Position numbers and translations under genes: made by a program. Below the pieces are notes generated by a model, which worked only from the letters and a program-made list of their open reading frames with translations, did not search any database and had not been told where the DNA came from. From assembly GCA_964570875.1 (NCBI GenBank), contig CAZMZE010000063.1:9445-73444 (forward strand): DNA of 64,000 nucleotides, given 5' to 3'. Source of the DNA: an uncultured Dehalococcoidia bacterium (lineage in GTDB: Bacteria > Chloroflexota > Dehalococcoidia > Lucifugimonadales > CATQGZ01). Below, piece after piece: positions 39,974 to 48,986 of the stretch. How positions within the stretch are numbered: position 1 is the first letter of the stretch; each line of letters begins with the position of its first letter.

Positions 39974-42622
39974 ATGAATGGAGATGAAATTAGAGAGTCG
40001 TTTCTGAGTTTTTTCGAAGATCAGGGACATTTGCGTGTAAGCAGCGCTTCGTTGATACCGGTAGGAGATCCCACACTTTTGTTGACCAACGCAGGTATGG
40101 TTCAGTTTAAACCGTATTTCTCTGGAGATTCGAATCCTCCCAATAGACGCTTGACGACTGCCCAAAAAGCTTTTCGTACGGTCGATATCGACGAAGTGGG
40201 CGATTCTACACATCTTACTTTGTTTGAAATGTTGGGAAATTTTAGCATTGGAGACTATTTTAAACGTGAAGCCATAGAATTCTCCCTCAAATTCGTCACA
40301 GACAAATTGGGTTTAAGTCAAGATGATTTTTCAGCTACAGTCTATCTGGATGATGATGAAGCGTATGCTCTTTGGAAAGAAGTAGGTATTCCAGAAGAGC
40401 GTATATATAGATTTGGAGATGAAGATAATTGGTGGGGGCCAGCTGGTCTGGAGGGTCCATGTGGTCCTTGCAGTGAACTGCACTATGATTTTGGTGACGA
40501 CAAAGGATGTATGAAAGGTGACTGTTCTCCAAATTGCTCTAATAGTATGAACAATTTTGGTGATGTGTGTAATAGATATGTTGAACTATGGAATTTAGTT
40601 TTCATGCAGTTTTATCACCATCAGGATGGTTCACGAACGCCACTTCCAGCTCCCAGTGTTGATACCGGGCTGGGCCTCGAGAGAGCCGCAGTAATATTGC
40701 AAAACGTTGACACTATATACAAAACTGATCTTTTCCAGCCCCTCATTAAGAAAGTTGAGGATCTTAGTGGTGAAGAATATGGGAAAGATCACCAGGTGGA
40801 TTATTCTATGCATGCAGTCGCAGAGCACAGTAGAAGTGCGACTTTCCTGATAGCAGATGGGGTTGTGCCTAGTAACGAAGGGCGAGGTTATGTACTAAGA
40901 AGAGTGATTCGACGCGCGATTAGGCAAGCAAGGCGATTAGGTGTCCGATCCGGATTTCTGACTGAAATGGCAGAGGTTGCAATAGGCATAATGGGCCATG
41001 CATATCCGGAGCAAGTCAACCATAAGGATTTCATTTTCACAGTCCTAGAGTTGGAGGAGGAACGTTTTCAGCAGGCCTTTGACAGGGGTATGGCAGTTTT
41101 GAGCGACGAACTCAAAGTTGATGTTTTATCTGGAGAAGCCTTGTTTAAGCTTTGGGATACTTACGGATTTCCTGTTGAAATGAGTACAGAAATTGCGATT
41201 GAAGCAGGAGTGAAAGTTGATTTGGAGGGTTTCGACAAAGAAATGCTTAGCCAGCGTGACAGGGCAAGAGCTGGAGGCCAATTTACCGGTGATAATGCGA
41301 AGATTAAGGTATACGAAAATTTGGGGATTGGTGCTACCAACTTTTTGGGATACGAACATATTCAAGTCAATTCTGTGGTTGTGGGATTAATTTCAGAGGG
41401 CTTAGCTGTGAGCGAAGTTATTGAGGGACAGGTTGCCGAGATAATTTTACTTGAAACTCCATTTTATCCAGAAGGTGGTGGTCAGGTTGGTGACGGAGGC
41501 GAAATACAGGGGCAAGAAGGTTTAGTTGCGATTGATGATACTAGATACGTAATCCCTGATGTGATTGTCCATTTTGGAACTGTGAATTCTGGCAAAATCA
41601 CATTGGGAGACAGTGTGGCTGCTAGAGTAGACGGAACACGTCGTGAAGATACGGCTCGGAATCACACTGCCACGCATATGTTGCATGCAGCACTTAGGCA
41701 AATACTTGGTTCCCATGTAAGGCAGGCAGGATCTTTAGTTGCATCAGACCGACTTCGATTTGATTTTAGCCATGTTCAGCCAGTTACTCAAGAAGAAATC
41801 TGGAGAGTACAATTTCTGGTGAATGAGAAAATACGCCAGAATGCTAATGTGAGCAAAGGCGAGGATACATATTCAGATGCAATTCAGAAAGGCGCTCTAG
41901 CATTTTTTGGAGATAAGTATGGTGAGAAAGTGAGATTAGTGGAAATTGCTAATGGTGAAACTTTCAGTTTTGAAGTTTGCGGAGGTACTCATGTATCTAA
42001 GACAGGTGAAATTGGGATGGTTCATATATTAAGTGAATCAAGTGTGGGAGCGGGGATGCGGCGGATAGAGGCAGTGAGTGGTAGGGCTGCTGAGAGATTG
42101 ACTTGGGAAAGGTTTTCTGTGCAAGACAGGCTTGCCCAGAAATTGCAAACAAATCTCAATGATCTGGAAATTCGTGTTGACAATCTGATTTCTGAAGCAG
42201 GCAAACTGACGGACGAAAAGGAATCATTAGAGAAAGTTCTATATCTGAAATCTGCAGAGAATTTATTGGATGATCAAAAAGAAATATCTGGAATTAAAGT
42301 ATTATCCTCTCGCGTTGAAGCTGCAAATGCAGATGCCCTGCGCGATATTGGGGATTGGCTTAGAGATAAGATGGGTAGCGGAGTGATAGTGCTTGGAACT
42401 GTTATTAATGATCGACCGATGATGGTAGTAATGGTTACTCCAGATCTTGTTGACAAAGGTTTCAATGCAACGGAAATTGCCAAACAAGCAGCGAAACCAA
42501 TACAGGGAGGTGGAGGCGGCCGCGCTGATGTTGCCCAAGCCGGAGGCAAAAGAAGTGATAAATTGGATGAAGCTCTTGAGGGAGTGTATGCAATCGTTAC
42601 TGCAGGCAGGGGTGATATTTGA
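39974..42622 (+). CDS. alaS: alanyl-tRNA synthetase
   Basis: MNGDEIRESFLSFFEDQGH start, class II core, editing-domain HxxxH (HTATHMLH) with CGGTH, and a C-terminal DHHA1-like domain. Confidence 0.93.
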   Translation: MNGDEIRESFLSFFEDQGHLRVSSASLIPVGDPTLLLTNAGMVQFKPYFSGDSNPPNRRLTTAQKAFRTVDIDEVGDSTHLTLFEMLGNFSIGDYFKREAIEFSLKFVTDKLGLSQDDFSATVYLDDDEAYALWKEVGIPEERIYRFGDEDNWWGPAGLEGPCGPCSELHYDFGDDKGCMKGDCSPNCSNSMNNFGDVCNRYVELWNLVFMQFYHHQDGSRTPLPAPSVDTGLGLERAAVILQNVDTIYKTDLFQPLIKKVEDLSGEEYGKDHQVDYSMHAVAEHSRSATFLIADGVVPSNEGRGYVLRRVIRRAIRQARRLGVRSGFLTEMAEVAIGIMGHAYPEQVNHKDFIFTVLELEEERFQQAFDRGMAVLSDELKVDVLSGEALFKLWDTYGFPVEMSTEIAIEAGVKVDLEGFDKEMLSQRDRARAGGQFTGDNAKIKVYENLGIGATNFLGYEHIQVNSVVVGLISEGLAVSEVIEGQVAEIILLETPFYPEGGGQVGDGGEIQGQEGLVAIDDTRYVIPDVIVHFGTVNSGKITLGDSVAARVDGTRREDTARNHTATHMLHAALRQILGSHVRQAGSLVASDRLRFDFSHVQPVTQEEIWRVQFLVNEKIRQNANVSKGEDTYSDAIQKGALAFFGDKYGEKVRLVEIANGETFSFEVCGGTHVSKTGEIGMVHILSESSVGAGMRRIEAVSGRAAERLTWERFSVQDRLAQKLQTNLNDLEIRVDNLISEAGKLTDEKESLEKVLYLKSAENLLDDQKEISGIKVLSSRVEAANADALRDIGDWLRDKMGSGVIVLGTVINDRPMMVVMVTPDLVDKGFNATEIAKQAAKPIQGGGGGRADVAQAGGKRSDKLDEALEGVYAIVTAGRGDI

Positions 42623-43029
42623 CCAGAGTCATAGCTCTTGATGTAGGTGACAAGCGGATAGGAGTGGCTATAAGTGATCCAACCAGATTCCTGGCAAGCC
42701 CTCTTTGTACAGTCGAAAGAGATGCATCATCTTCTGAAATTCAACAGATAGAAAAATTGGTCGAAAATCATGAAGCCTCCGAGTTGCTGGTAGGGATGCC
42801 TCTACAACTTTCAGGACGTAAAGGAATTCAGGCGAGGCTGGTCGAAAGTTTCATGAAAAATTTGGCAAATCATCTTTCAATACCAATCAAATCGGTCGAT
42901 GAAAGACTTTCAACAGTTGAGGCGGAGCGCATGTTGAGACAAGCCGGTAAATCGCCATCATCAGATAAGCACTTGGTTGATTCCGTATCTGCTGTAATTA
43001 TTTTACAGTCATATCTGGATGCAAATTAA
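42619..43029 (+). CDS. ruvX: Holliday-junction resolvase-like nuclease RuvX/YqgF
   Basis: VIALDVGDKRIGVAISD N-terminus, 136 aa. The TTG start overlaps the alaS TGA (TTGA). Confidence 0.88.
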   Translation: MTRVIALDVGDKRIGVAISDPTRFLASPLCTVERDASSSEIQQIEKLVENHEASELLVGMPLQLSGRKGIQARLVESFMKNLANHLSIPIKSVDERLSTVEAERMLRQAGKSPSSDKHLVDSVSAVIILQSYLDAN

Positions 43030-43054
43030 TTTGTTACTTAGATATATATGATTC

Positions 43055-44071
43055 TTATGGTTCGATGATCATTTGTAATTGGCTTGAAGGTTTTACCAAG
43101 GCTTCAAAGGCTTCCTGTACATGTTCAAGTTTTATGAAAGAAGAGTCTGTGATCATAGGCTGCATGTCTATTTTACCCGCTTGAATTAAATCCAAAGCTA
43201 TAGACCAATCCGAGTGGCTTGTGCCAAAGCTAGATACAAGTGTTATTTCGCGACCCATCCACTCTATCGGGGTAATGCTTGTAGGTTCCCAAGCCAAAGC
43301 AACTAAGACTACTTGGCCTTCACGTTTAGCCATGTTAAATGCTTGGCTAAGAGTTGATTTTGCTGAAGCGCATTCGAATACAATTTCTGGTCCGATACCG
43401 TTTGTATATTCAACTATTTTTGTAACTGGGTCATCTGCAGTTGGATCCACTACGGCATTTGCCCCTATTTCGATGGCGGCTTGTGCTCTTGCGGAGGATG
43501 GCTCACTTACGTAAACTTCTGTTGCTCCCGCGGCCTTCGCGACTTGTATGCAAAAAAGGCCTATAGGCCCGGCACCCAGCACCGCCACTTTATCACCTGG
43601 CTTTAGAGCGGATTTGCGAACTGCCCTAACAGCTACAGCGGCTGGTTCACACAATGCTGCTTGTTGGTCGGTAACACCTTCGGGGATTGACATGATTTGC
43701 CAATCTTTGTTGATGACATATTCCGCGTATGAACGCATTGAATTTTGTGACACGGCCATTTCTCGGAAATTGTATCTTGGATGTTGGCGGAGTGCATAGT
43801 TTATGCCCGGGGGAGGTTCGCCACCACCACCCATCACTCTGTCTCCTTTTTTCCAAAGGGTGACTCCTTGTCCGATTTGGTCTACTGTTCCAGAATATTC
43901 ATGGCCCAGCACCGCTCCAACTGGAGTGGCATCATATAAATACTCGTGTACGTCCGTTCCGCATATAGCCGAATATCGAACCTTGACAAGGACTTCTCCT
44001 GGTCCAGGACAAGGGATTGGGATATCATCTACTGCAAATCGATGTTTCCCTTTGTATACAGCTGCCTTCAA
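43055..44071 (-). CDS. zinc-dependent alcohol/polyol dehydrogenase (MDR family)
   Basis: CGTDVH and GHEYSG zinc motifs, GAGPIGL Rossmann motif. Confidence 0.88.
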   Translation of the reverse strand: MKAAVYKGKHRFAVDDIPIPCPGPGEVLVKVRYSAICGTDVHEYLYDATPVGAVLGHEYSGTVDQIGQGVTLWKKGDRVMGGGGEPPPGINYALRQHPRYNFREMAVSQNSMRSYAEYVINKDWQIMSIPEGVTDQQAALCEPAAVAVRAVRKSALKPGDKVAVLGAGPIGLFCIQVAKAAGATEVYVSEPSSARAQAAIEIGANAVVDPTADDPVTKIVEYTNGIGPEIVFECASAKSTLSQAFNMAKREGQVVLVALAWEPTSITPIEWMGREITLVSSFGTSHSDWSIALDLIQAGKIDMQPMITDSSFIKLEHVQEAFEALVKPSSQLQMIIEP

Positions 44072-44141
44072 AAACTATCCTCTTGTCTGAAACAGTTGTT
44101 CGGTGCACAGTGTTGTTATTAACACTGATGTCTAAGATGAG

Positions 44142-44399
44142 CTAATCGTCGGTGACGCCATGTGCTGTAAGATAATCAACGGCAGCTTGTACGGTGGTTA
44201 TACCCTCTGCATCTTCATCAGATATTTCAACCGTTACATCGCCAGTACTAAATTCTTCTTCAATAGCCATTATCAAATCTACCAAATCCAGAGAGTCAGC
44301 GTTAAGGTCTTCAGTAAAACTAGCATCTGGTACTACTTCTCCAGGATCTACTCCGAGCTTGTCAGCAACTACCGCCTGTATTCTATCAATAACCGCCAT
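44142..44399 (-). CDS. acpP: acyl carrier protein
   Basis: 85 aa, [11 protein letters not shown] phosphopantetheine-attachment motif. Confidence 0.9.
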   Translation of the reverse strand: MAVIDRIQAVVADKLGVDPGEVVPDASFTEDLNADSLDLVDLIMAIEEEFSTGDVTVEISDEDAEGITTVQAAVDYLTAHGVTDD

Positions 44400-44422
44400 A
44401 TTGGGCCTCCATTTTTTATCGT

Positions 44423-44875
44423 TTACTTTGATTCCACATATTCTTGATGAACTGAACCTAGTACGCCATTAACGAATTTTTGAGAGTTTTCTGATCCGAA
44501 TCTTTTAGCGAGTTCCACTGCTTCGTTTATAGCTACTTTCTGTGGGTCTACAGCATCAATCAGTTTAGTTTTCTCCCATTTTGTCATTTCAAATATGGCA
44601 AATCTAAGTATGTTTCTATCAACAACAGCCATCTGACTCAGTGGCCAAGACGGCGCCATTGAGACAATTATATTATCTAATTCTTCTCGATTTGCAAGCA
44701 CTCCTAGAACAACTTCACGGGCAAATTCACGATCTGATTTAAGTAAGTTGTTATTTTCCAGTCCATCTTCCAGAGTTGTACTTGTATCGTGGTGTACCGT
44801 ATCAGTCTCGTAAAGTGCTTGAAGTACAAGGACTCGGGAGCGTCTTCTTGAGGAAGCGGCTGGTGTATCGGACAT
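44423..44875 (-). CDS. nusB: transcription antitermination factor NusB
   Basis: 150 aa, [11 protein letters not shown] start and ...[13 protein letters not shown] pattern. Confidence 0.88.
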   Translation of the reverse strand: MSDTPAASSRRRSRVLVLQALYETDTVHHDTSTTLEDGLENNNLLKSDREFAREVVLGVLANREELDNIIVSMAPSWPLSQMAVVDRNILRFAIFEMTKWEKTKLIDAVDPQKVAINEAVELAKRFGSENSQKFVNGVLGSVHQEYVESK

Positions 44876-44903
44876 TTCGTTTATGTACTGGGGTTAAACA
44901 ATA

Positions 44904-45860
44904 TTAGTTTCTGCGCAGTTTCAATATTGAATCTACGTTACTAATGCTAGTTATATTGGCACTACGGTCGATCCTCTTAACCATTCCGTTTAGAACCTTG
45001 CCTGGTCCAATCTCAATGAAGTTGGAAACTCCGATATTTATCATGTAGTCGATCGAACGTTTCCATTGTACGCAAGACGAGATTTGAGAAATGAGTTCTT
45101 GTTTTACAGATTCAGATGATGTTAATGGTTTTCCTGTGCAGTTGGCTATGATGGGTATCGTAGGATCTTTGAATTTTAGTTGACCAATAGCATCAATCAA
45201 TTTGGACTGTGCCGGTTCCATGAGATTTGAATGGAAGGCGCCTGCCACTTGTAGAGGAATTGCTTTCCTAGCACCCCTCGCGGATGCTAGATCTAAAGCT
45301 TGGGCTACAGCAAGTCGTTCTCCGCTGATCACTATTTGCTCCGAAGTATTGATGTTAGAAACGTAGGTGCCTGTTTGATGAGAAATCTCAGCCATGGTCA
45401 TCTCATCCAGTCCCAGAATTGCAGCCATCGTACCAGGGTTATGTTCACATGCTTTTTGCATAGCCTCACTGCGGGCATTTACCAGCCATGTTGTTTGAGA
45501 GATGTCAAGAACGCCCGCTACAGCCAGTGCTGTATATTCGCCTAGGCTGTGACCTGCAACTGCAACAGCCATAGGGACTTGAGAATTGGTAAGTTGCTCT
45601 TCCATAGCTTTGATGCAGGCGAGGCTCACGGCCATAATTGCAGGTTGGGCGTTGACAGTCTCTTTCAAGGTATCTTCAGGACCGTTGAACAATAAATCAG
45701 TCAAAGGCCTTCCTAGCGCATCGTCAACTTCTTTAAAAACGGATTTTGCTGCCTCTGAGTGGTCATAAAGTTCCTTGCCCATACCCACCGATTGACTACC
45801 CTGTCCGGGGAATAAGTAAGCCGTTTTTGGTCTAGTTCCAGATTCCAAATTAAGGGTCAT
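44904..45860 (-). CDS. fabD: malonyl-CoA:ACP transacylase
   Basis: FPGQGSQ and GHSLGEY active-site motifs. Confidence 0.92.
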   Translation of the reverse strand: MTLNLESGTRPKTAYLFPGQGSQSVGMGKELYDHSEAAKSVFKEVDDALGRPLTDLLFNGPEDTLKETVNAQPAIMAVSLACIKAMEEQLTNSQVPMAVAVAGHSLGEYTALAVAGVLDISQTTWLVNARSEAMQKACEHNPGTMAAILGLDEMTMAEISHQTGTYVSNINTSEQIVISGERLAVAQALDLASARGARKAIPLQVAGAFHSNLMEPAQSKLIDAIGQLKFKDPTIPIIANCTGKPLTSSESVKQELISQISSCVQWKRSIDYMINIGVSNFIEIGPGKVLNGMVKRIDRSANITSISNVDSILKLRRN

Positions 45861-45913
45861 TTTTAATGTTCTCTGTAGTAGTGATTATAAATTTTGTAGA
45901 AAATAGGTTTTGG

Positions 45914-46114
45914 TTATTCGGTAGCAGAATTATCGTCTACCGCTATAACTTCTCTCCCATTGTAGAATCCACATTCTTTACACACTCGGTGGGGCAACTT
46001 AGGACTTCTGCATTGAGGACAGTCGACCACTCCAGTGGCCGTCAGAGCGTTATGTGCCCACCTACCTTTTACTCTCCTACGAGAGTGCTTTTTTTTCGGC
46101 ATTACTCCTGGCAT
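45914..46114 (-). CDS. rpmF: 50S ribosomal protein L32
   Basis: PKKKHSRRR basic N-terminus, CPQC...CKEC zinc ribbon, AAGGAG RBS 5 nt before the ATG. Confidence 0.88.
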   Translation of the reverse strand: MPGVMPKKKHSRRRVKGRWAHNALTATGVVDCPQCRSPKLPHRVCKECGFYNGREVIAVDDNSATE

Positions 46115-46160
46115 CGTTACTCCTTACTATCCAACTTAAATATCAAATTTTTAGATTGTA

Positions 46161-46688
46161 TTAATTCGTGCTAGACTCACTAAGCTTTAAAAGCGGGTCC
46201 CATCGAATGTCTCGTTGTTGTTGTTTGCAGGTGCATATAGTTTCGTTTTGATTAGCACCACATGTCACGCAGATTCCGGAACAATTTTCATTGCATATCG
46301 GTTTCATTGGAGTTGCCATGGACACGTAATCTCTTATTGTGTCTTGGAGATCAAGTATGTGGTTTTTATCTATGCGATAATTTTCTCCCAATTCCTCGAA
46401 ATTATCAACTTCTGTACCAGTTAAGACGTCTAGAGTAGGGATGAACTCTTCTTCCAGATCGACATTAACCGATTCATCGCTCCTTGTTAGACATCTACTG
46501 CAATTTGAATTAACCGTTGTTTGGATTGCCGAAGTCACCAAAATCCCACTTGGAGTTCTGAGCATATCGACTGTACATTTTATTCTACTCTCTGGTTGAC
46601 CTTCACTTATTATTACATTCTCCGATATTTTGAACACACGCCTAGATCCTGATGGTTCTTTAAGTAACTGGGAGACATTGAACTCCAT
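46161..46688 (-). CDS. yceD: YceD/DUF177 family protein
   Basis: Conserved position upstream of rpmF. C-terminal cysteine cluster (CNENCSGICVTCG). The ATG at 46688 is preceded by GGAGGAGAGGG; the tracked start at 46754 is probably an extension. Confidence 0.8.
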   Translation of the reverse strand: MEFNVSQLLKEPSGSRRVFKISENVIISEGQPESRIKCTVDMLRTPSGILVTSAIQTTVNSNCSRCLTRSDESVNVDLEEEFIPTLDVLTGTEVDNFEELGENYRIDKNHILDLQDTIRDYVSMATPMKPICNENCSGICVTCGANQNETICTCKQQQRDIRWDPLLKLSESSTN

Positions 46689-46816
46689 CCCTCTCCTCCA
46701 CCATTTTATACAAGTGGCAAACTCAAGCCAGTCGTAAAATTTTAGGAAAGACAAACCTCATGTGTCAAGCTTCAGATACAGGCATTAGGTTAGATTGCGT
46801 CGCTCAGAGAAACTGA

Positions 46817-47773
46817 TCAGAAGCCTGATTCTTTGTCTACGGTATACACAAAAGGTTCATTAGCAATGAGGTGCCGGAGGTTTGATTTGAAAATCGCCCT
46901 TCTTTCATGAATTAGCGAAGCTGTCATGGCTGAAGCATGTGGTGACAATACCACATTTTTCATTTCCCACAGAGGACTTGATTGAGGCAACGGTTCTATG
47001 GCCGTAACATCAAGGCCAGCTCCAGCTATTTTCCCAGCCATGAGTCCATCGATCAGTGCTTCTTCGTCAATGATATTTCCTCGAGAAATTGCAATTACAA
47101 ATGCTCCGGGTTTCAGCAATTCGACCCTTCGGCGATCAATTAGACCGCGAGTTTCATTGGTGAGAGGGGCGGTTATGACAAACCAGTCAGATATTTCGAT
47201 CAGTTGATCCAGCTTTTCCAATCCCCAAATCTCTTTTACTGCCGGAGGTGCCGGTCTCGGATGTTTGTCTACGGCGTATACATCCATTCCGAATCCATGA
47301 GCTCTCGATGCTACGGCATTCCCAATATCCCCTAATGCTAAAATTCCCATAGTGGTACCCGTCAAGTTAATTTGGCTATCAGTGTATTTGGATGTATCCC
47401 AGACGCGGTTTTTTTGATCGTCCCACATCTCATTGAGTTTATGAGCTAGGGTGGTCACCATTCCCATAGTGTGGTCTGCCATAGGGGCGGCGTGTGGGCC
47501 GCGGCAATTGGTCAGCACGACATCACTATCCAGTACTTCAGGGATTGACATAATTGCATCCACCCCCGTACCGATACATTGGATCCATTGTAGCTTCTTT
47601 GCTGATAGAAAAACTTCTCTGGTTGGTATACCGCAATATATATCTGCGTCCTTGATGTTATTCTTTTCTTCTTCTCTGTTATTTGACGTAACAAATTCGA
47701 TATTTTCAAATTCCGTACGTAACTCATCTACGAACTCAGGATCGCTGTGATCTGTTGCCAAAACTACTTTCAT
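46817..47773 (-). CDS. D-isomer-specific 2-hydroxyacid dehydrogenase
   Basis: GILALGDIGNAV NAD motif, catalytic Arg/Glu/His layout (ISRGNIIDE...SPHAS). MKVVLATD start preceded by GGAGG. Confidence 0.85.
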   Translation of the reverse strand: MKVVLATDHSDPEFVDELRTEFENIEFVTSNNREEEKNNIKDADIYCGIPTREVFLSAKKLQWIQCIGTGVDAIMSIPEVLDSDVVLTNCRGPHAAPMADHTMGMVTTLAHKLNEMWDDQKNRVWDTSKYTDSQINLTGTTMGILALGDIGNAVASRAHGFGMDVYAVDKHPRPAPPAVKEIWGLEKLDQLIEISDWFVITAPLTNETRGLIDRRRVELLKPGAFVIAISRGNIIDEEALIDGLMAGKIAGAGLDVTAIEPLPQSSPLWEMKNVVLSPHASAMTASLIHERRAIFKSNLRHLIANEPFVYTVDKESGF

Positions 47774-47978
47774 GACAAAACCTCCAGAACAGATTTTATG
47801 GGAAATATTACTATGTAGCAATCAAAAAGGGACAATTTCCTGCACGGATTCCAATATGCTAAAATTTTTGTGTATCCCAAGTGAGAAAAATCAAAATCAG
47901 CGTGGATTTATAAAATCATCAGATTGGCCAATTACGTTGTGTAACAGCCTTTTTGAGTGACTGTGAGGAAGCCAAGGC

Positions 47979-48539
47979 TTGTTAACTCGAAAAAATCAGT
48001 TTAATTCTAAAACTAAAAAGATTTGGCTGTGGGTATTATTGTTAGCAGTTACTTTGTCTTGGAGTAGTGTTTCAGCAAATGATGGATCAGATATATTTTT
48101 TGACGCTTCATCAGGAGGCTATCATATAACTCTTACTGTGCAACCAGAAGTTGTTGCTGTAGGGGAAGTTCATTTTTCGATCACATTAACCGAATCGGAT
48201 AGCATGGTGCCAGTCACTGATGCTGAGATAGTCTTACTAGCTGTTGATCAAAATAAGGAACCGATCTATCAAGTCAGGGCGTTGAACACTCCAAATGACC
48301 CTATTCACTATGTCTCCAACATCAAGTTCGAATCCCCTGGAGATTGGGTTTTACGAATTGAAATTAGCGGTCACTTAGGTGACTCAAATTTTGATGTGCC
48401 TTTGTTGATAAAACAACCGGCATTGATGCCGGCGAGCGAAGGTACAATATTATTTTTTGGTATTTTAGCAGTATTAATCACTGGGTCTCTATATCTCTGG
48501 AGGAGTTCTCGAATTTCCCTAAAAAATCGAAACCTCTAG
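47979..48539 (+). CDS. secreted, C-terminally anchored protein with an Ig-like (FixH/YtkA-like?) ectodomain
   Basis: Signal peptide (WLWVLLLAVTLSWSSVSA), beta-rich middle, C-terminal TM helix. GAGGAAG RBS before the TTG start. Confidence 0.55.
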   Translation: MLTRKNQFNSKTKKIWLWVLLLAVTLSWSSVSANDGSDIFFDASSGGYHITLTVQPEVVAVGEVHFSITLTESDSMVPVTDAEIVLLAVDQNKEPIYQVRALNTPNDPIHYVSNIKFESPGDWVLRIEISGHLGDSNFDVPLLIKQPALMPASEGTILFFGILAVLITGSLYLWRSSRISLKNRNL

Positions 48540-48556
48540 GAACCCCCAAAGGAAGC

Positions 48557-48898
48557 CTAGTCTTTAATCTCTTTTAAAAACAGGATCCCATCCTGTCTTT
48601 CAAACCATACAGTTATCGGGTCGCCCAATAGCATGTGCTCTCTGAGATGTGATGGAGTGAATTTCTGGAAGATGGTTCCGTTGGAGTAGAATTTCAGTTT
48701 TGTATTGTCTTGGTCAACAAGTGTTAACGTTTCCACTTCAATGGGTGACTTGGCAACAACCTCGACAACCAGCCCCCTGACACTATCCACTGGATTGTAA
48801 CAACTGACCAAATTCAATACGAATACGGTTATTAGCAGTAGTGAAAGACTCTGGAAGTTTAAATTTGAAGAATTCATAAGGTTTCTGTTTCTAAACAA
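48557..48898 (-). CDS. small putative lipoprotein
   Basis: Hydrophobic leader ending in the lipobox-like LVSC, followed by about 80 aa of mature domain. Confidence 0.5.
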   Translation of the reverse strand: MFRNRNLMNSSNLNFQSLSLLLITVFVLNLVSCYNPVDSVRGLVVEVVAKSPIEVETLTLVDQDNTKLKFYSNGTIFQKFTPSHLREHMLLGDPITVWFERQDGILFLKEIKD

Positions 48899-48986
48899 TT
48901 CTTATACAAGTAAAAAGGGCCCTCATTATCGTTGACTATTTCGTACATGTTTAGGTAGTTTGTCATATAAGGAAGGGGATTATATT

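Noticed and set aside
44108-44127. 7-bp perfect hairpin CAGTGTT-N6-AACACTG after acpP, and a bulged hairpin at 62769-62787, as intrinsic terminators
   Set aside because: The stems are short and no U-tract follows on either strand. Not convincing enough to annotate.
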